DNA of 64,000 nucleotides from positions 40,261 through 104,260 of IMG/VR virus record IMGVR_UViG_3300013099_000018; one strand, 5' to 3'. Below are positions 49,201-58,301 of this stretch, one piece after another; within the stretch, counting starts at the first letter, position 1, and every line of letters starts with the position of its first letter. The DNA comes from a virus. The position numbers and the translations under genes are program-made. Below the pieces are notes generated by a model that had not been told where the DNA came from, searched no databases, and was given only the letters and a program-made list of their open reading frames with translations.

Positions 49201-49796
49201 GCCATAAATTCGCTGAGAGTAAAATATGGGAAATTGAAGTAACATTACCTAACAAAACCAATGGTAAAAACCCATCTAATAATCCATTAATACCAAGAAA
49301 AGAGGATTACATTTTACATAGCAATAAGAGGTATCTTGATTTCAAGAGGGGGTTTATGATTTCAATAATCAGAGATATGAAAATCGTAGATTACGATGGC
49401 TATGTTTATAACCTTGAAGTCGAAGAAGACAATAGCTATGTTGCTAATTTAGTAACAGTTCACAATTGTAACGCATTAGAATCATTGGCGAGAGGAGTAC
49501 CAACAATAGTTCCAAAAGCTGGTTGTTTCTTAGATTACATTAAATACGCTATACCAGTCAAAGTTACGAAAAACAAACCAATAGTTCTACCAGATAACCC
49601 TATCCACGTAGGAAAGGGGTGGGAAATCGATGTTGATGAGCTTGCAAAGACAATTCTTAAAGTTGCAGATAACTTGAGCAAATACAAAAGAACTGCAAAA
49701 AGGAACATGAAAAAGATTTGGAAAGAATACAGTTGGAGAAGAATTGTAGATAAAATTATCAAAATATTAGTTGAATACGATTTCATTAAAGTTTAG
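46248..49796 (+). CDS. GT-B glycosyltransferase with two inteins (spliced product about 366 aa)
   Basis: VPS, VPHG, RKG, SRGGGFE|C..LE extein motifs. Confidence 0.9.
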   Translation: MKTIYYLYPIRNKVSFTFISKQHIRYLKQKLKNNVKIIETDVDTFDPSAWGFNRKLILHPLFYPFFEGVSKEANAKISKLNQCLNKGFKIIAFDTADSDRISEKAVDLANKVEAIIVPSNFAKKAFVDSGVYKPVHVVPHGIPDEFMVNGKTITHPDLAKLKEFKEKNKFILVHFNVTHCYDEETRILTKEGFKKWNEISKDDEIATFNLKTGELEYQKPEEIFIYEYKGKMIHFKGQHYDLLVTPNHRMVVRKSRRYVAPQNRNKVREWKIKEAFELLINRNWVKYEIPRVVKWKGVHKEYFEIDKKLNEKLHCNVRYKHDKLPIKPFLRFLGWFISEGQARYNEHNHEVFIAIWNNKGEYLKEIAETIKELGYHPVIDYNKKCVIVSSVQLYEIIKALRLPVHPEVKGKKAHLKFVPDFIKELSPELIKEFLMALWKGDGTFYKTKDGKTIPLKYSTTSKKLAEDIAELCLKCGYAVSINVDDCVKRLNKGHHPLYNVVVSVRYANPSMNNKPEVIDYEGIVWCVKVPNGAVIVERNGKIVVSGNSGFRKGCDLFAKAMSIVQKENPNIIILAKRLEGLDPYLPLLRQLKCVEVGGYLELDAYRRLYDLTDITVLASRGGGFECVPPDTKIICYDGVKPISEVKEGDLVLTHKGRFRKVTRVFKRHYKGKIIEIIPYGFSKVSIKLTPEHPVLAIIRKGNARNSINSNLEWVEAKELKKGDFVVFPIPSNNCENIVYDLAEFSNDGSLVVEDEWIYYNRTGSPRFTEISYKDIEKLTNETKKIVCKAVKAYKGELNTNSDRVKKVVEFLRKINYEPQYVKIKRFVKFDKYLAKVIGYYLAEGSISAKGRAVEFSFGEEPELVLDLVNAIIHAFNYIPSVKQYSDSKVTKVIISNKVIAKFLETLCGKKAHGKRIPLDCYRLDLDTISWLVWSMILGDGCVKDNLIRYATVCDNLAFGIYTLLVKLGYKPRIECLVQRTYIRPSHKFAESKIWEIEVTLPNKTNGKNPSNNPLIPRKEDYILHSNKRYLDFKRGFMISIIRDMKIVDYDGYVYNLEVEEDNSYVANLVTVHNCNALESLARGVPTIVPKAGCFLDYIKYAIPVKVTKNKPIVLPDNPIHVGKGWEIDVDELAKTILKVADNLSKYKRTAKRNMKKIWKEYSWRRIVDKIIKILVEYDFIKV
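46785..47888 (+). mobile_element. Intein 1 (368 aa) with LAGLIDADG endonuclease
   Basis: H|CYDEETRILT ... TPNH ... LGWFISEG ... GDG ... VVSGN|S. Confidence 0.92.
48123..49466 (+). mobile_element. Intein 2 (448 aa) with LAGLIDADG endonuclease
   Basis: E|CVPPDT ... TPEHP ... GYYLAEG ... GDG ... VYNLEV ... TVHN|C. Confidence 0.93.
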
Positions 49797-49801
49797 TAGA
49801 G

Positions 49802-50704
49802 GTGTTGGTTATGGGTGAGATTGTCGAACATCTTGATTTGAAATATTATGTCGATGAAAACTATCCAGCATCAAGAGAGCCTATTAGAGAAAATGAGTCA
49901 CATGTTCTTGGATTCTGTATAATAATAGCAGATAGAAATAAAGTATTCGTAGATGTAGGAGCTTGTACTGGTAAATACTCCATACCCATGAGCAAACACT
50001 ATGGTATGGTTATAGCAATAGAACCCAACCCTAAAAACATCGAATTCTTAAGGAAAAACATAGAACTTAACAAATGTGATAATATTGTAATAATAGATAA
50101 AGCAGTATCAAACACTAAAGGTAAAACTAAATTAGCTTTAAAAGGTTCTCAAAGCTTTATAGAAGCTTACAATGTGAAAGATTCAATAGAAGTTGAAACA
50201 GATACCTTAGACAACTTAATCGAAAAAGCAGATGTGATAAAGATTGATGTTGAAGGTGCTGAACTAAAAGTCATAGAAGGTTCTGAAAGGATAATTGACG
50301 AGCATAAACCTATCTTTGTAGTAGAGCATAACGAATACTGGAGCGGTGATAAACCCAAAACCCATCTGGACATAATGAAAAAGCTCATAGCTAAAGGCTA
50401 TTATCCATTCAACTACAACTATGTTCATTGGATTTATGTTCCGAAAGAAAAAATATCCAACTTTGCAGGACAACTTTCTGAATACGCTCAGGGAAGGTTG
50501 TTATCCCATCATATCTTCTACGAAATTATTATTAAGAATATCAAAGAAGGTAAACCTTGGTATTACGGGTTGCCTAACACATGGTGGCATGGTGTGAGTA
50601 TTTTAGAATTTGTCTCGGTGTTAGTTCATAAAGCTCCTTATGAAAAGGAGTGGTTAGACCTTTACAAGAAGACAATATTTAACAACTATGGTTTTAAAAT
50701 TTGA
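49802..50704 (+). CDS. FkbM-family SAM-dependent methyltransferase
   Basis: VDVGACTG, IEPNP, KIDVEGAE. Confidence 0.9.
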   Translation: MLVMGEIVEHLDLKYYVDENYPASREPIRENESHVLGFCIIIADRNKVFVDVGACTGKYSIPMSKHYGMVIAIEPNPKNIEFLRKNIELNKCDNIVIIDKAVSNTKGKTKLALKGSQSFIEAYNVKDSIEVETDTLDNLIEKADVIKIDVEGAELKVIEGSERIIDEHKPIFVVEHNEYWSGDKPKTHLDIMKKLIAKGYYPFNYNYVHWIYVPKEKISNFAGQLSEYAQGRLLSHHIFYEIIIKNIKEGKPWYYGLPNTWWHGVSILEFVSVLVHKAPYEKEWLDLYKKTIFNNYGFKI

Positions 50705-50719
50705 TACAGAGGTGGTATC

Positions 50720-51553
50720 GTGATAGTCGGTATAATAAACGGATATTATAGGAGTGGTACAACATTCATGCAACGATTATGCTCTAAAAGCAATCCTAAT
50801 TTCATAGTCTTAAGTGAGCCAACACAGCATGAAATCATTGACCACATAATGGCTAACGGTTGCAACAACACGAACCTACTACACGGATGGGAAATCTTCA
50901 AAGACTACTGTAAATTACCACGTAAAGTTAGGCATGAATTCATAAGAAGACATTTTACAGTATTCGATGAAAACGAAAACCAGTGGGGTATTATGACATC
51001 AGAAGGAGCTATAAGGTATCTACTTCAACCTCTACACGATTATAACCAACCAGTAGTAATCAAATCAACACAACTACACTTACACCTAGAGAAAGTAAAG
51101 AAATGGTATGATTGTTGGGTGCTACACTTAGATAGATGTATAGAAAACATTATTGCAGACCATTTCACTTATTATGCTTTAGTAAACTCTACTAAAGCTA
51201 AAGAACTTCTCACAAGCAACAATAAACCATTGCCTTTCTATGCTGATTTAGTATTCAAGAACCTTGTAGAATACTATGGTTTAGACGAAAGCATAGCAAG
51301 GAACAACCTTGACAAACTTGTATTCAACATACTTACCGTTAAAAAAGCAATAGAACGACAGAAAGGTATAACTGTAATAGACTTTGACAAATTCATTTCA
51401 AATCCAAAACAGTATTTAAACAAGCTACCTTTCAAGATAAATGAAAGTCTGTTAAAGCTTATAGATTCGTCAAAGAAGAATCCAGTTCCAGATTGGCTTA
51501 AAAGTATGATAAAAGATTCTATAAACTATTTAAATAATGTTTTGAGGTGGTAA
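50720..51553 (+). CDS. sulfotransferase-family protein
   Basis: N-terminal GYYRSGTT PAPS-binding loop followed by SEP. Confidence 0.7.
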   Translation: MIVGIINGYYRSGTTFMQRLCSKSNPNFIVLSEPTQHEIIDHIMANGCNNTNLLHGWEIFKDYCKLPRKVRHEFIRRHFTVFDENENQWGIMTSEGAIRYLLQPLHDYNQPVVIKSTQLHLHLEKVKKWYDCWVLHLDRCIENIIADHFTYYALVNSTKAKELLTSNNKPLPFYADLVFKNLVEYYGLDESIARNNLDKLVFNILTVKKAIERQKGITVIDFDKFISNPKQYLNKLPFKINESLLKLIDSSKKNPVPDWLKSMIKDSINYLNNVLRW

Positions 51554-51554
51554 C

Positions 51555-51758
51555 ATGGATTACACCTTAACACTCTCAATAGAAATATTAGGGTTAGGTA
51601 TAGCAATAGCTTCAGCAACTCTAAAATTTTATACAACTACTTTAAAGAAATTACAGAACCACGATGATAGGCTTGGTTTCATAGAGTTTAGATTAGATAG
51701 GATTGAGAGAAAGCTCGATGAGTTAAACGGTAGAATGCGAGTTAATAAACCATCGTAA
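51555..51758 (+). CDS. small N-anchored membrane protein with coiled coil
   Basis: hydrophobic N-terminus, RLDRIERKLDEL. Confidence 0.65.
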   Translation: MDYTLTLSIEILGLGIAIASATLKFYTTTLKKLQNHDDRLGFIEFRLDRIERKLDELNGRMRVNKPS

Positions 51759-51764
51759 AATATC

Positions 51765-53111
51765 ATGGTCTTTGACGTATTTCCTACAGTATTACCAGTA
51801 ATAACAGCACCAGTAAAACCAACAGAGTTAACATCATCAGATTGGGCGAAAGGTGTTGAGAAAGCAATATCAATCGAGTTTACACCGACATTCGATGAAG
51901 CTGTAGGTATTGACTTAGCATTCATAACACCTTATGGATTTGATTTAGCAAGTGTCATTGAGACATCATCACTAAACGTTTTAGCAAAAGATTCGGCGAC
52001 ACTAATCGAAATCTTAGGTTCGAGAGGTTTCATAGCTTATGAATATGGTAATCTGATAGATATAGCATCATCTATTGGTTTTTCATCATACGATTCGGCA
52101 ACTGGTATAGGCTTAGCATATTTCACTCCTAAAGCAATCGATTTCGGACAGCTAACCGAAATATATGCAGTTCCAAATGTATTAGCTCATGATAGTGCTG
52201 TCGGTGTAGAACTTTACAGAAGGTTCTTAGAAGCAATTGACAGAGCATTTGGTGTTGAAAAGCTTGGAGATAGAACTTTCTCATCAATAGACATCTCAAC
52301 TACAATTGAAAGAGCTATAAAATTGTTCTCAGTTTCAGATTACGCTCAAGCGATAGACTTTGGACAACTAATGTTAATAGCCACAGACTTTGCAACATCG
52401 TTAGAACAAATCCCAATGCGAGAGTTCATCCTTGTAGATTTAGCAACTGGATTTGATAGGTTAATAGAGAGATACTTTGAAGTCATAGATGCTCGCATAG
52501 GTATCGACAGAGTTATCGTAGAATTCGAAGAGAGTTGCATTAAAGTACTCTACTTCGCATTTGGAACATACGGTTTCATTCACATCTATAGCATAGACAA
52601 CTTCACTCCACCATTCGTTGTCGAAGCTAAGTTTTCACCGAGAACTGCAAAAGGTCATGATGCAAGGTTGGATTTGTATTACCCAGACAAACTTGGTTAT
52701 CATCCAGCGGATGCCTACGGTTCTTATTTGCATGCATGGGGAAGTGGAGACTCAGATGGAGACCCATTCAAAGGCTTATTTGCATGGGGATTCAGAACTG
52801 ATACCGAATCTCTACTAAACCAATCTATGGATAAGGAATTCTACGCTAATAGATGGTACATCTTTAGAATAATCCAACAAACTGATAACACGAAATTCCA
52901 AGTTTATGGCGAGAAAAGAGACTTATTGGCAGAAGCTGAACATACGAGTGGTCATAATGTAGATTTGAAAGTTGTAATCGGTGCTTGTAACGAAGATAAT
53001 CAAGGATTTGTTCAAGAAGTCTGGTATGATTGGGTTTTCGTTAGAAAATACATCGAACCAGAACCTTCAATATCTATAGGTTCTGAAGAAACAAGTCCCG
53101 TTGAGTGGTAA
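51765..53111 (+). CDS. putative virion fibre/adhesin: D-x-A-x-G-x-D repeats plus C-terminal beta-sandwich
   Basis: repeats; ends YDWVFVRKYIEPEP, typical of DUF2341-associated proteins. Confidence 0.6.
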   Translation: MVFDVFPTVLPVITAPVKPTELTSSDWAKGVEKAISIEFTPTFDEAVGIDLAFITPYGFDLASVIETSSLNVLAKDSATLIEILGSRGFIAYEYGNLIDIASSIGFSSYDSATGIGLAYFTPKAIDFGQLTEIYAVPNVLAHDSAVGVELYRRFLEAIDRAFGVEKLGDRTFSSIDISTTIERAIKLFSVSDYAQAIDFGQLMLIATDFATSLEQIPMREFILVDLATGFDRLIERYFEVIDARIGIDRVIVEFEESCIKVLYFAFGTYGFIHIYSIDNFTPPFVVEAKFSPRTAKGHDARLDLYYPDKLGYHPADAYGSYLHAWGSGDSDGDPFKGLFAWGFRTDTESLLNQSMDKEFYANRWYIFRIIQQTDNTKFQVYGEKRDLLAEAEHTSGHNVDLKVVIGACNEDNQGFVQEVWYDWVFVRKYIEPEPSISIGSEETSPVEW

Positions 53112-53149
53112 GGAAATCTTTTATTAAGATTTAAGGTATAAATATCTAC

Positions 53150-53851
53150 ATGGTTAAAGATAAGTTGGTTATTAGAAGAGAGGAAGTAAACTTAGAAAGA
53201 GATACAACTACAGAAAAATTGGACTCTGGAGCTAATTTAGACCTCTTCTATGAACTTGAAGTAAGGGATAAGAACGGAAAATTAATATCGAAGAGAACTG
53301 GTAGAAGCAAGTCTCTTGTGAGGAATTTCGCATTGATGCTAAGAGGATTAATGGCTGGAAACATAGCAGGTGTCGTTTCTGGCTCTACTTGGAACACTAA
53401 AGTAACGGTAACCGCTACGGATGGCACGACATTTGATTATCCAAACTTACCGAGCTACTCAGAGGCTGAAAACGCTCCATCAGCAATGGAAGCATCAGCA
53501 CTTGAAAGGGTGGATGAATATGGTGTTGTAGTCGGAACAGGCTCAACAGCAGTAACGAGAGACGATTACAAGTTAGAATCACAAGTTCCAGACGGATTCG
53601 CAGATGGTCAAATGGTTTACGGTAAAACTACAGTTGAAGACGTGAACGGAGACCCACCAAGCTCGGTCTTCAGAATAATAAGAACATTCACCAACGAAGG
53701 CTCTTCGACAATATCGATTTACGAAATAGGTTTAATCGTAAAAGCTCAAGACAAATACGTATTGATAGCAAGAGATGTTTTAGACACAGCACAAGATGTC
53801 CCAGCAGGAGCAACCCTAACAGTAAGATATATCTTCAAAGTAACAGCATAA
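53150..53851 (+). CDS. putative structural (tail/terminal) protein
   Basis: VVGTGSTA, RTFTN, EIGL, ARDVL, LTVRY pattern resembling viral tail-fibre N-terminal modules. Confidence 0.55.
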   Translation: MVKDKLVIRREEVNLERDTTTEKLDSGANLDLFYELEVRDKNGKLISKRTGRSKSLVRNFALMLRGLMAGNIAGVVSGSTWNTKVTVTATDGTTFDYPNLPSYSEAENAPSAMEASALERVDEYGVVVGTGSTAVTRDDYKLESQVPDGFADGQMVYGKTTVEDVNGDPPSSVFRIIRTFTNEGSSTISIYEIGLIVKAQDKYVLIARDVLDTAQDVPAGATLTVRYIFKVTA

Positions 53852-53869
53852 TGTCTTCTTTAATTTCTC

Positions 53870-56038
53870 ATGCCTATAACTGCAGAAATTCAAAGTTATG
53901 ATGTAGCTACTTTACTTGATAGAGCTACTGATAGAGGTATTCATCTAAAAGACCAAGCCAAAGGAACAGATAGGTTAATAGAAAGACATCTTGAAAATGT
54001 AGAAAATGTCATCAATATTCTAATACAGAGGACAAAAGAGTTTAGATACGTAGGTTTTGGCGATTTTGTAAGAGTTAAAGACCAAAACCTTATTGTAGAT
54101 ACTCTTAAACTTCTTGATACTGTTTTACAAGTTTATTATCCTTGTTCTAAATACTCTGAAATTGTACGCAAAATCAGATATGTAACTAAAGATGACTTTA
54201 TCTTACCAGATGACCATAATTTAGTTGTAGATGCGATTAAAAGCGTAAGAGATTGCTTAGCACAAGTAGTACCACAATGGGACTTAGTATCATTAGACAT
54301 GTATATAGGAATGTTAAATTACGTCAAAGAAGAAGACCCTGTCTTATCTTTTCAATACAATGCGAAAATAGATGCACTTAAGAATATTCTAAAGTTCATA
54401 TTCAAATACGTATTTGTAACTACAGAACAAATAGTAGAACTATTTACAGAATATGGTATATCTCTGAGAGTATTAAATATAGAAATTGAACCTTTTATAG
54501 AATTCTCAACGACAACTGAAATCTTAGAATCACTAATCGAAGCTACAATTTCTTATAACTTAACTACGATTTCACTGGATTTATCAAGTATAATAGATAG
54601 TTTAGGCGAAGCAACAACTAAAACCATTGATAGTTTAGACTTGGTAGAAAGCATTGGAGAATTAACCACAGCAATAACCGAAGGATTGGCAGAAATACAA
54701 GGAATTGGTGAAGTTACCATTGAAGTTGTTGAAGGTTTAGCTCCGATAGAATCATCATATGATTTTCCAGAGATAATAGATTTCTTACCAGAAATAATAG
54801 CATCATACGATTTCCCATCAATCATTACTAAGCAATTATCAATCTTAACAGAATACGATTTTCCACCTATCACCACAGAACAACTACAAATGCTAACAGA
54901 ATACGATTTCCCTTCTTACATCACCGAGCAACTACAACCTCAAACCGAATACAGCTACACAATAGAATTCATTGAGAAAGAGATTCATCCAGAGGCTATA
55001 TGTGAAATAGTATATCCCATTATTATCGAAAAAAGTATAGAGCTATTTTCTGAACATGCAGAAACAATAGAAACGGTAGATAAGGAACTTGAGATTGTAA
55101 TTCCATTTGACCTACCACCAACGATAAGCGGTTACACCGAACTATTACTATCATACGATTTCCCATCTTACATTACTGAACAACTCCAAATGCTAACAGA
55201 ATATGACTTTCCTTCGATTTACGATTCAACCGCATTATTAGCTACAACATACGATTTTCCATCTGTTTACGATTTGGAACAACCCATAACAGCAATTGAA
55301 GAACTGACAACGACAACATACGATTTAACCATTCAAGCCTTGCTTGAAATATACTCAACGCTAGAGAGCTACGATTTAGAAACGGTTACACAACTTCTGA
55401 TAGACAAAACCTTAGATAGCTATGACTTGAAAACTATAACTCAACTAATCCTCGACAAATACCTCGAATCGTTAGACTTGGAGATTCTCGGTGCTGAAAC
55501 AGTCATCGAGAAAACCTTAGAAAGCTACGATAAACCACTCGACTTATCATTGTCGATAGATAGAACTACCAAATCTCTCGATGAAACATCGACAGTTCAA
55601 ACCTCTTACGAGTTTGAAATGATATATTGGTTACGTGGTTACAAATACCGTAGAGCTATAACCATAACCAACAACGCTCAAGAAGTAAACGATTACCAAG
55701 TCTTAATAGTTCTAACTCCACAAAACTTCGACTATTCTAAAGCAAAACCAGACGGGAGTGATATTAGGTTCACAAAAGACGATGGCATAACGAAGCTTCC
55801 ATATTGGATTGAGCTTTGGAATCCAAACGGTGAAAGCTGGATTTGGGTTAAGATTGATAACCTTCCATTAGGGGATACTACAATCTACATGTATTATGGC
55901 AATCCCGAAGCTGAAAGCGAAGAGAACCCAGAACAAGTGTTTGATTTCTTTGACCACTTCGATAAGGATACATTAGATAAGAAATGGAAGCTCAAGAAAG
56001 GTCAAGGTGCTGTTATGGCGAGAGTTATAGAGCAATAG
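53870..56038 (+). CDS. acidic repeat protein with C-terminal DUF2341 domain, putative fibre/adhesin
   Basis: YDFP / ESYDL repeats; YRRAITI...DGSDIRF...YWIE...WVK...YMYYGNP. Confidence 0.75.
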   Translation: MPITAEIQSYDVATLLDRATDRGIHLKDQAKGTDRLIERHLENVENVINILIQRTKEFRYVGFGDFVRVKDQNLIVDTLKLLDTVLQVYYPCSKYSEIVRKIRYVTKDDFILPDDHNLVVDAIKSVRDCLAQVVPQWDLVSLDMYIGMLNYVKEEDPVLSFQYNAKIDALKNILKFIFKYVFVTTEQIVELFTEYGISLRVLNIEIEPFIEFSTTTEILESLIEATISYNLTTISLDLSSIIDSLGEATTKTIDSLDLVESIGELTTAITEGLAEIQGIGEVTIEVVEGLAPIESSYDFPEIIDFLPEIIASYDFPSIITKQLSILTEYDFPPITTEQLQMLTEYDFPSYITEQLQPQTEYSYTIEFIEKEIHPEAICEIVYPIIIEKSIELFSEHAETIETVDKELEIVIPFDLPPTISGYTELLLSYDFPSYITEQLQMLTEYDFPSIYDSTALLATTYDFPSVYDLEQPITAIEELTTTTYDLTIQALLEIYSTLESYDLETVTQLLIDKTLDSYDLKTITQLILDKYLESLDLEILGAETVIEKTLESYDKPLDLSLSIDRTTKSLDETSTVQTSYEFEMIYWLRGYKYRRAITITNNAQEVNDYQVLIVLTPQNFDYSKAKPDGSDIRFTKDDGITKLPYWIELWNPNGESWIWVKIDNLPLGDTTIYMYYGNPEAESEENPEQVFDFFDHFDKDTLDKKWKLKKGQGAVMARVIEQ

Positions 56039-56338
56039 TATTAACCTATTTAAACGTACTACTACTATGTTGAATATTCTTCAACTTTAACCATAGTTTT
56101 TTGAAGAAAATTTAGACGGACATATACAGCTTTTTTAAAGATTATTCAACGAAATAATTTACCAGAACAAAGATTTTATTTTTATTAGTAACACTCATGA
56201 AAATAAACTCTCTAGGGTTTACCTATATAACACATATTATAAATATGATTTAGTGTTAAAAGTAACTGTAATTTTGTTACTGACCTTTGAACAACTAGTT
56301 ACCATTCATTTTTTATAATCCTATGCATAATTGAATAT

Positions 56339-57916
56339 ATGAACGAGAAGGGGAAGGTTAAGTCCACCTTCATCATAACGAAATTCAAAGACCCTGAAGG
56401 TTTGGTAGAGAGATTCGCAAGGATTGGTAAGCCTTTAGATGTCTTAAAACGAATGTTCGCCAAGTATTTCATTGAAGAGAAAGTCATACATGGTAACATT
56501 TTCCTCAACGAAGGAATAAACCTTATCTGGACAGCAGTCTGTGGTGGTAGTTATACACCATTTGACCATGACCATGCTCACATTGGTGTAGGAGATGGAA
56601 CTCAACCAGCAGATGCAACACAAACGGGGTTACAAGGAACTAACAAATACTACAAAGGTATGGATGAAGGTTATCCACAATATGGAACTGACCAGAAAGC
56701 CGTATTTCGTGCCACTTTTGGTGGAACGGAGGCTAACTTCTGCTACACACCTGACCATGAGGTTCTAACAATCGAAGGATGGAAACCGATTGCAGATGTT
56801 AATATAGGAGACTTAGTAGCAGTCATAAAGCCAAACGGAGCGATAACATATCTACCAGTTGTAGATAAGACAATCTTCCACCACAGAGGTTATATCTACG
56901 AGATAGAGAACGAGAGAGTTAGCTTAGCGGTTTCACCAGAACACAAGGTTTACGTTAGAAACGATTGGTGGAGAAGAAGAGGAGAAGGATTTGACCTCAT
57001 AGAGATAGAAAGGCTTGAGAAGGGAACATGGGAAATGAAAAAAGACGGATTATGGTCTGGATTGAAACCAAGAGAGTTCGTAATAGAAGGAATCCACAGC
57101 AAGTTCCATCCTTGGCTTGAAGATGCTATATATTTACCAGTAGAACCATTCGTAAAGCTCTTAGGATACATATTGAGCGAAGGCTACGTAATGCAAAATT
57201 CAGTAGTAATTTGCCAGAATAAGGACAAGCATCCTGAAATCTACAATGACATCATCGAGACAATCAAGGAGTGTGGATTTACTCCAAAAGTGTATAATGG
57301 TATAATGATATATATAAACGATAAAAGACTCGCTCAATTCATCAAGAAATATTGCTACGTAGATGGAACAAGAGCATACAACAAGAAGATACCAGATTTC
57401 GTCAAGTGGCTAACGCCTGAGCTTATAGAAACATTCATTGATGCTTTCATAAAAGGAGATGGACATTTAAAGGATGGTGTTACACCGATAATCTACACGA
57501 CATCACCATACATTAGAGACGGAATACAAGAATTAGCATTGAAGATAGGTCTATGTGCTGATTGGAAAGCGATTAACAACACAAAGAGCTTCAGCAACAG
57601 AACCAAGTATGTCATTTCAATCGTTAGAAGATACAAGACACCATATGTTGTCGTTAAAAGAGATGACAAAAGGAGAAGAGAGCTAAAGAAGATACCATAC
57701 GATGGGCTATTAGTTGGTATAGCAGTCCCAGAATATCATACTCTCTACGTGAGGAGACACGGAAAGGCAGTCTGGAGTGGAAATTCGTGGAATGAATGGA
57801 CAGTGGCTAATGGTGCTTCAGATGATGCAATAAATCTTAATCGTAAGGTTGAGAGCTTAGGAACGAAAGCAGAAGGAACAACATGGATATTCACTGTTGA
57901 GTTGAGTTTAAGCTGA
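56339..57916 (+). CDS. putative structural protein (177-aa extein) containing an intein
   Basis: HIGVGDGT...ATFGGTEANF|SWNEW...LNRKVESLGTK. Confidence 0.75.
   Translation: MNEKGKVKSTFIITKFKDPEGLVERFARIGKPLDVLKRMFAKYFIEEKVIHGNIFLNEGINLIWTAVCGGSYTPFDHDHAHIGVGDGTQPADATQTGLQGTNKYYKGMDEGYPQYGTDQKAVFRATFGGTEANFCYTPDHEVLTIEGWKPIADVNIGDLVAVIKPNGAITYLPVVDKTIFHHRGYIYEIENERVSLAVSPEHKVYVRNDWWRRRGEGFDLIEIERLEKGTWEMKKDGLWSGLKPREFVIEGIHSKFHPWLEDAIYLPVEPFVKLLGYILSEGYVMQNSVVICQNKDKHPEIYNDIIETIKECGFTPKVYNGIMIYINDKRLAQFIKKYCYVDGTRAYNKKIPDFVKWLTPELIETFIDAFIKGDGHLKDGVTPIIYTTSPYIRDGIQELALKIGLCADWKAINNTKSFSNRTKYVISIVRRYKTPYVVVKRDDKRRRELKKIPYDGLLVGIAVPEYHTLYVRRHGKAVWSGNSWNEWTVANGASDDAINLNRKVESLGTKAEGTTWIFTVELSLS
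56741..57784 (+). mobile_element. Intein 3 (348 aa) with LAGLIDADG endonuclease
   Basis: F|CYTPDHEVLT ... SPEH ... LGYILSEG ... GDG ... VWSGN|S. Confidence 0.9.
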
Positions 57917-57930
57917 TGAGGTAGATTTAA

Positions 57931-58077
57931 ATGATTCGTAAGCTTCACCTTAAATGTCCATATTGTGGTAAAGAATATGAAATATATAGAAGAGTCGACA
58001 GTAGTTACGCCATGCTAATGTGTTTAGAATGTGGGCATATCGCTCCATTGTATAAGTGGTTAAAGAAAGATTTATAA
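57931..58077 (+). CDS. small Zn-ribbon protein (48 aa, not in ORF track)
   Basis: CPYCG...CLECG; GAGGT RBS. Confidence 0.7.
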   Translation: MIRKLHLKCPYCGKEYEIYRRVDSSYAMLMCLECGHIAPLYKWLKKDL

Positions 58078-58127
58078 GTTAAACACTGTTGGATTAAGCT
58101 TAAGTTGGTAGTTAGAGGTGCTAAACT

Positions 58128-58286
58128 ATGTTGTGTCCTAGATGTGGTGTAGAAATGGTTTATTTAGGGAAAAGCCACGTAAGACCAGATGAGGATGAAT
58201 ACTACCATTGTCTTAAGTGTAGGCATTCTTACAGACATGAATACAAAATAGGCAAGCTCGTAGATTTGGGTAGAGAAGCAATCTGA
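58128..58286 (+). CDS. small Zn-ribbon protein (52 aa, not in ORF track)
   Basis: CPRCG...CLKC; GAGGTG RBS. Confidence 0.7.
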   Translation: MLCPRCGVEMVYLGKSHVRPDEDEYYHCLKCRHSYRHEYKIGKLVDLGREAI

Positions 58287-58301
58287 ATAAAGGTGTTGTA
58301 A

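Noticed and set aside
51555-51758. Virus-associated pyramid (egress) protein
   Set aside because: Only the topology (N-terminal TM plus coiled coil) fits; no recognisable sequence similarity
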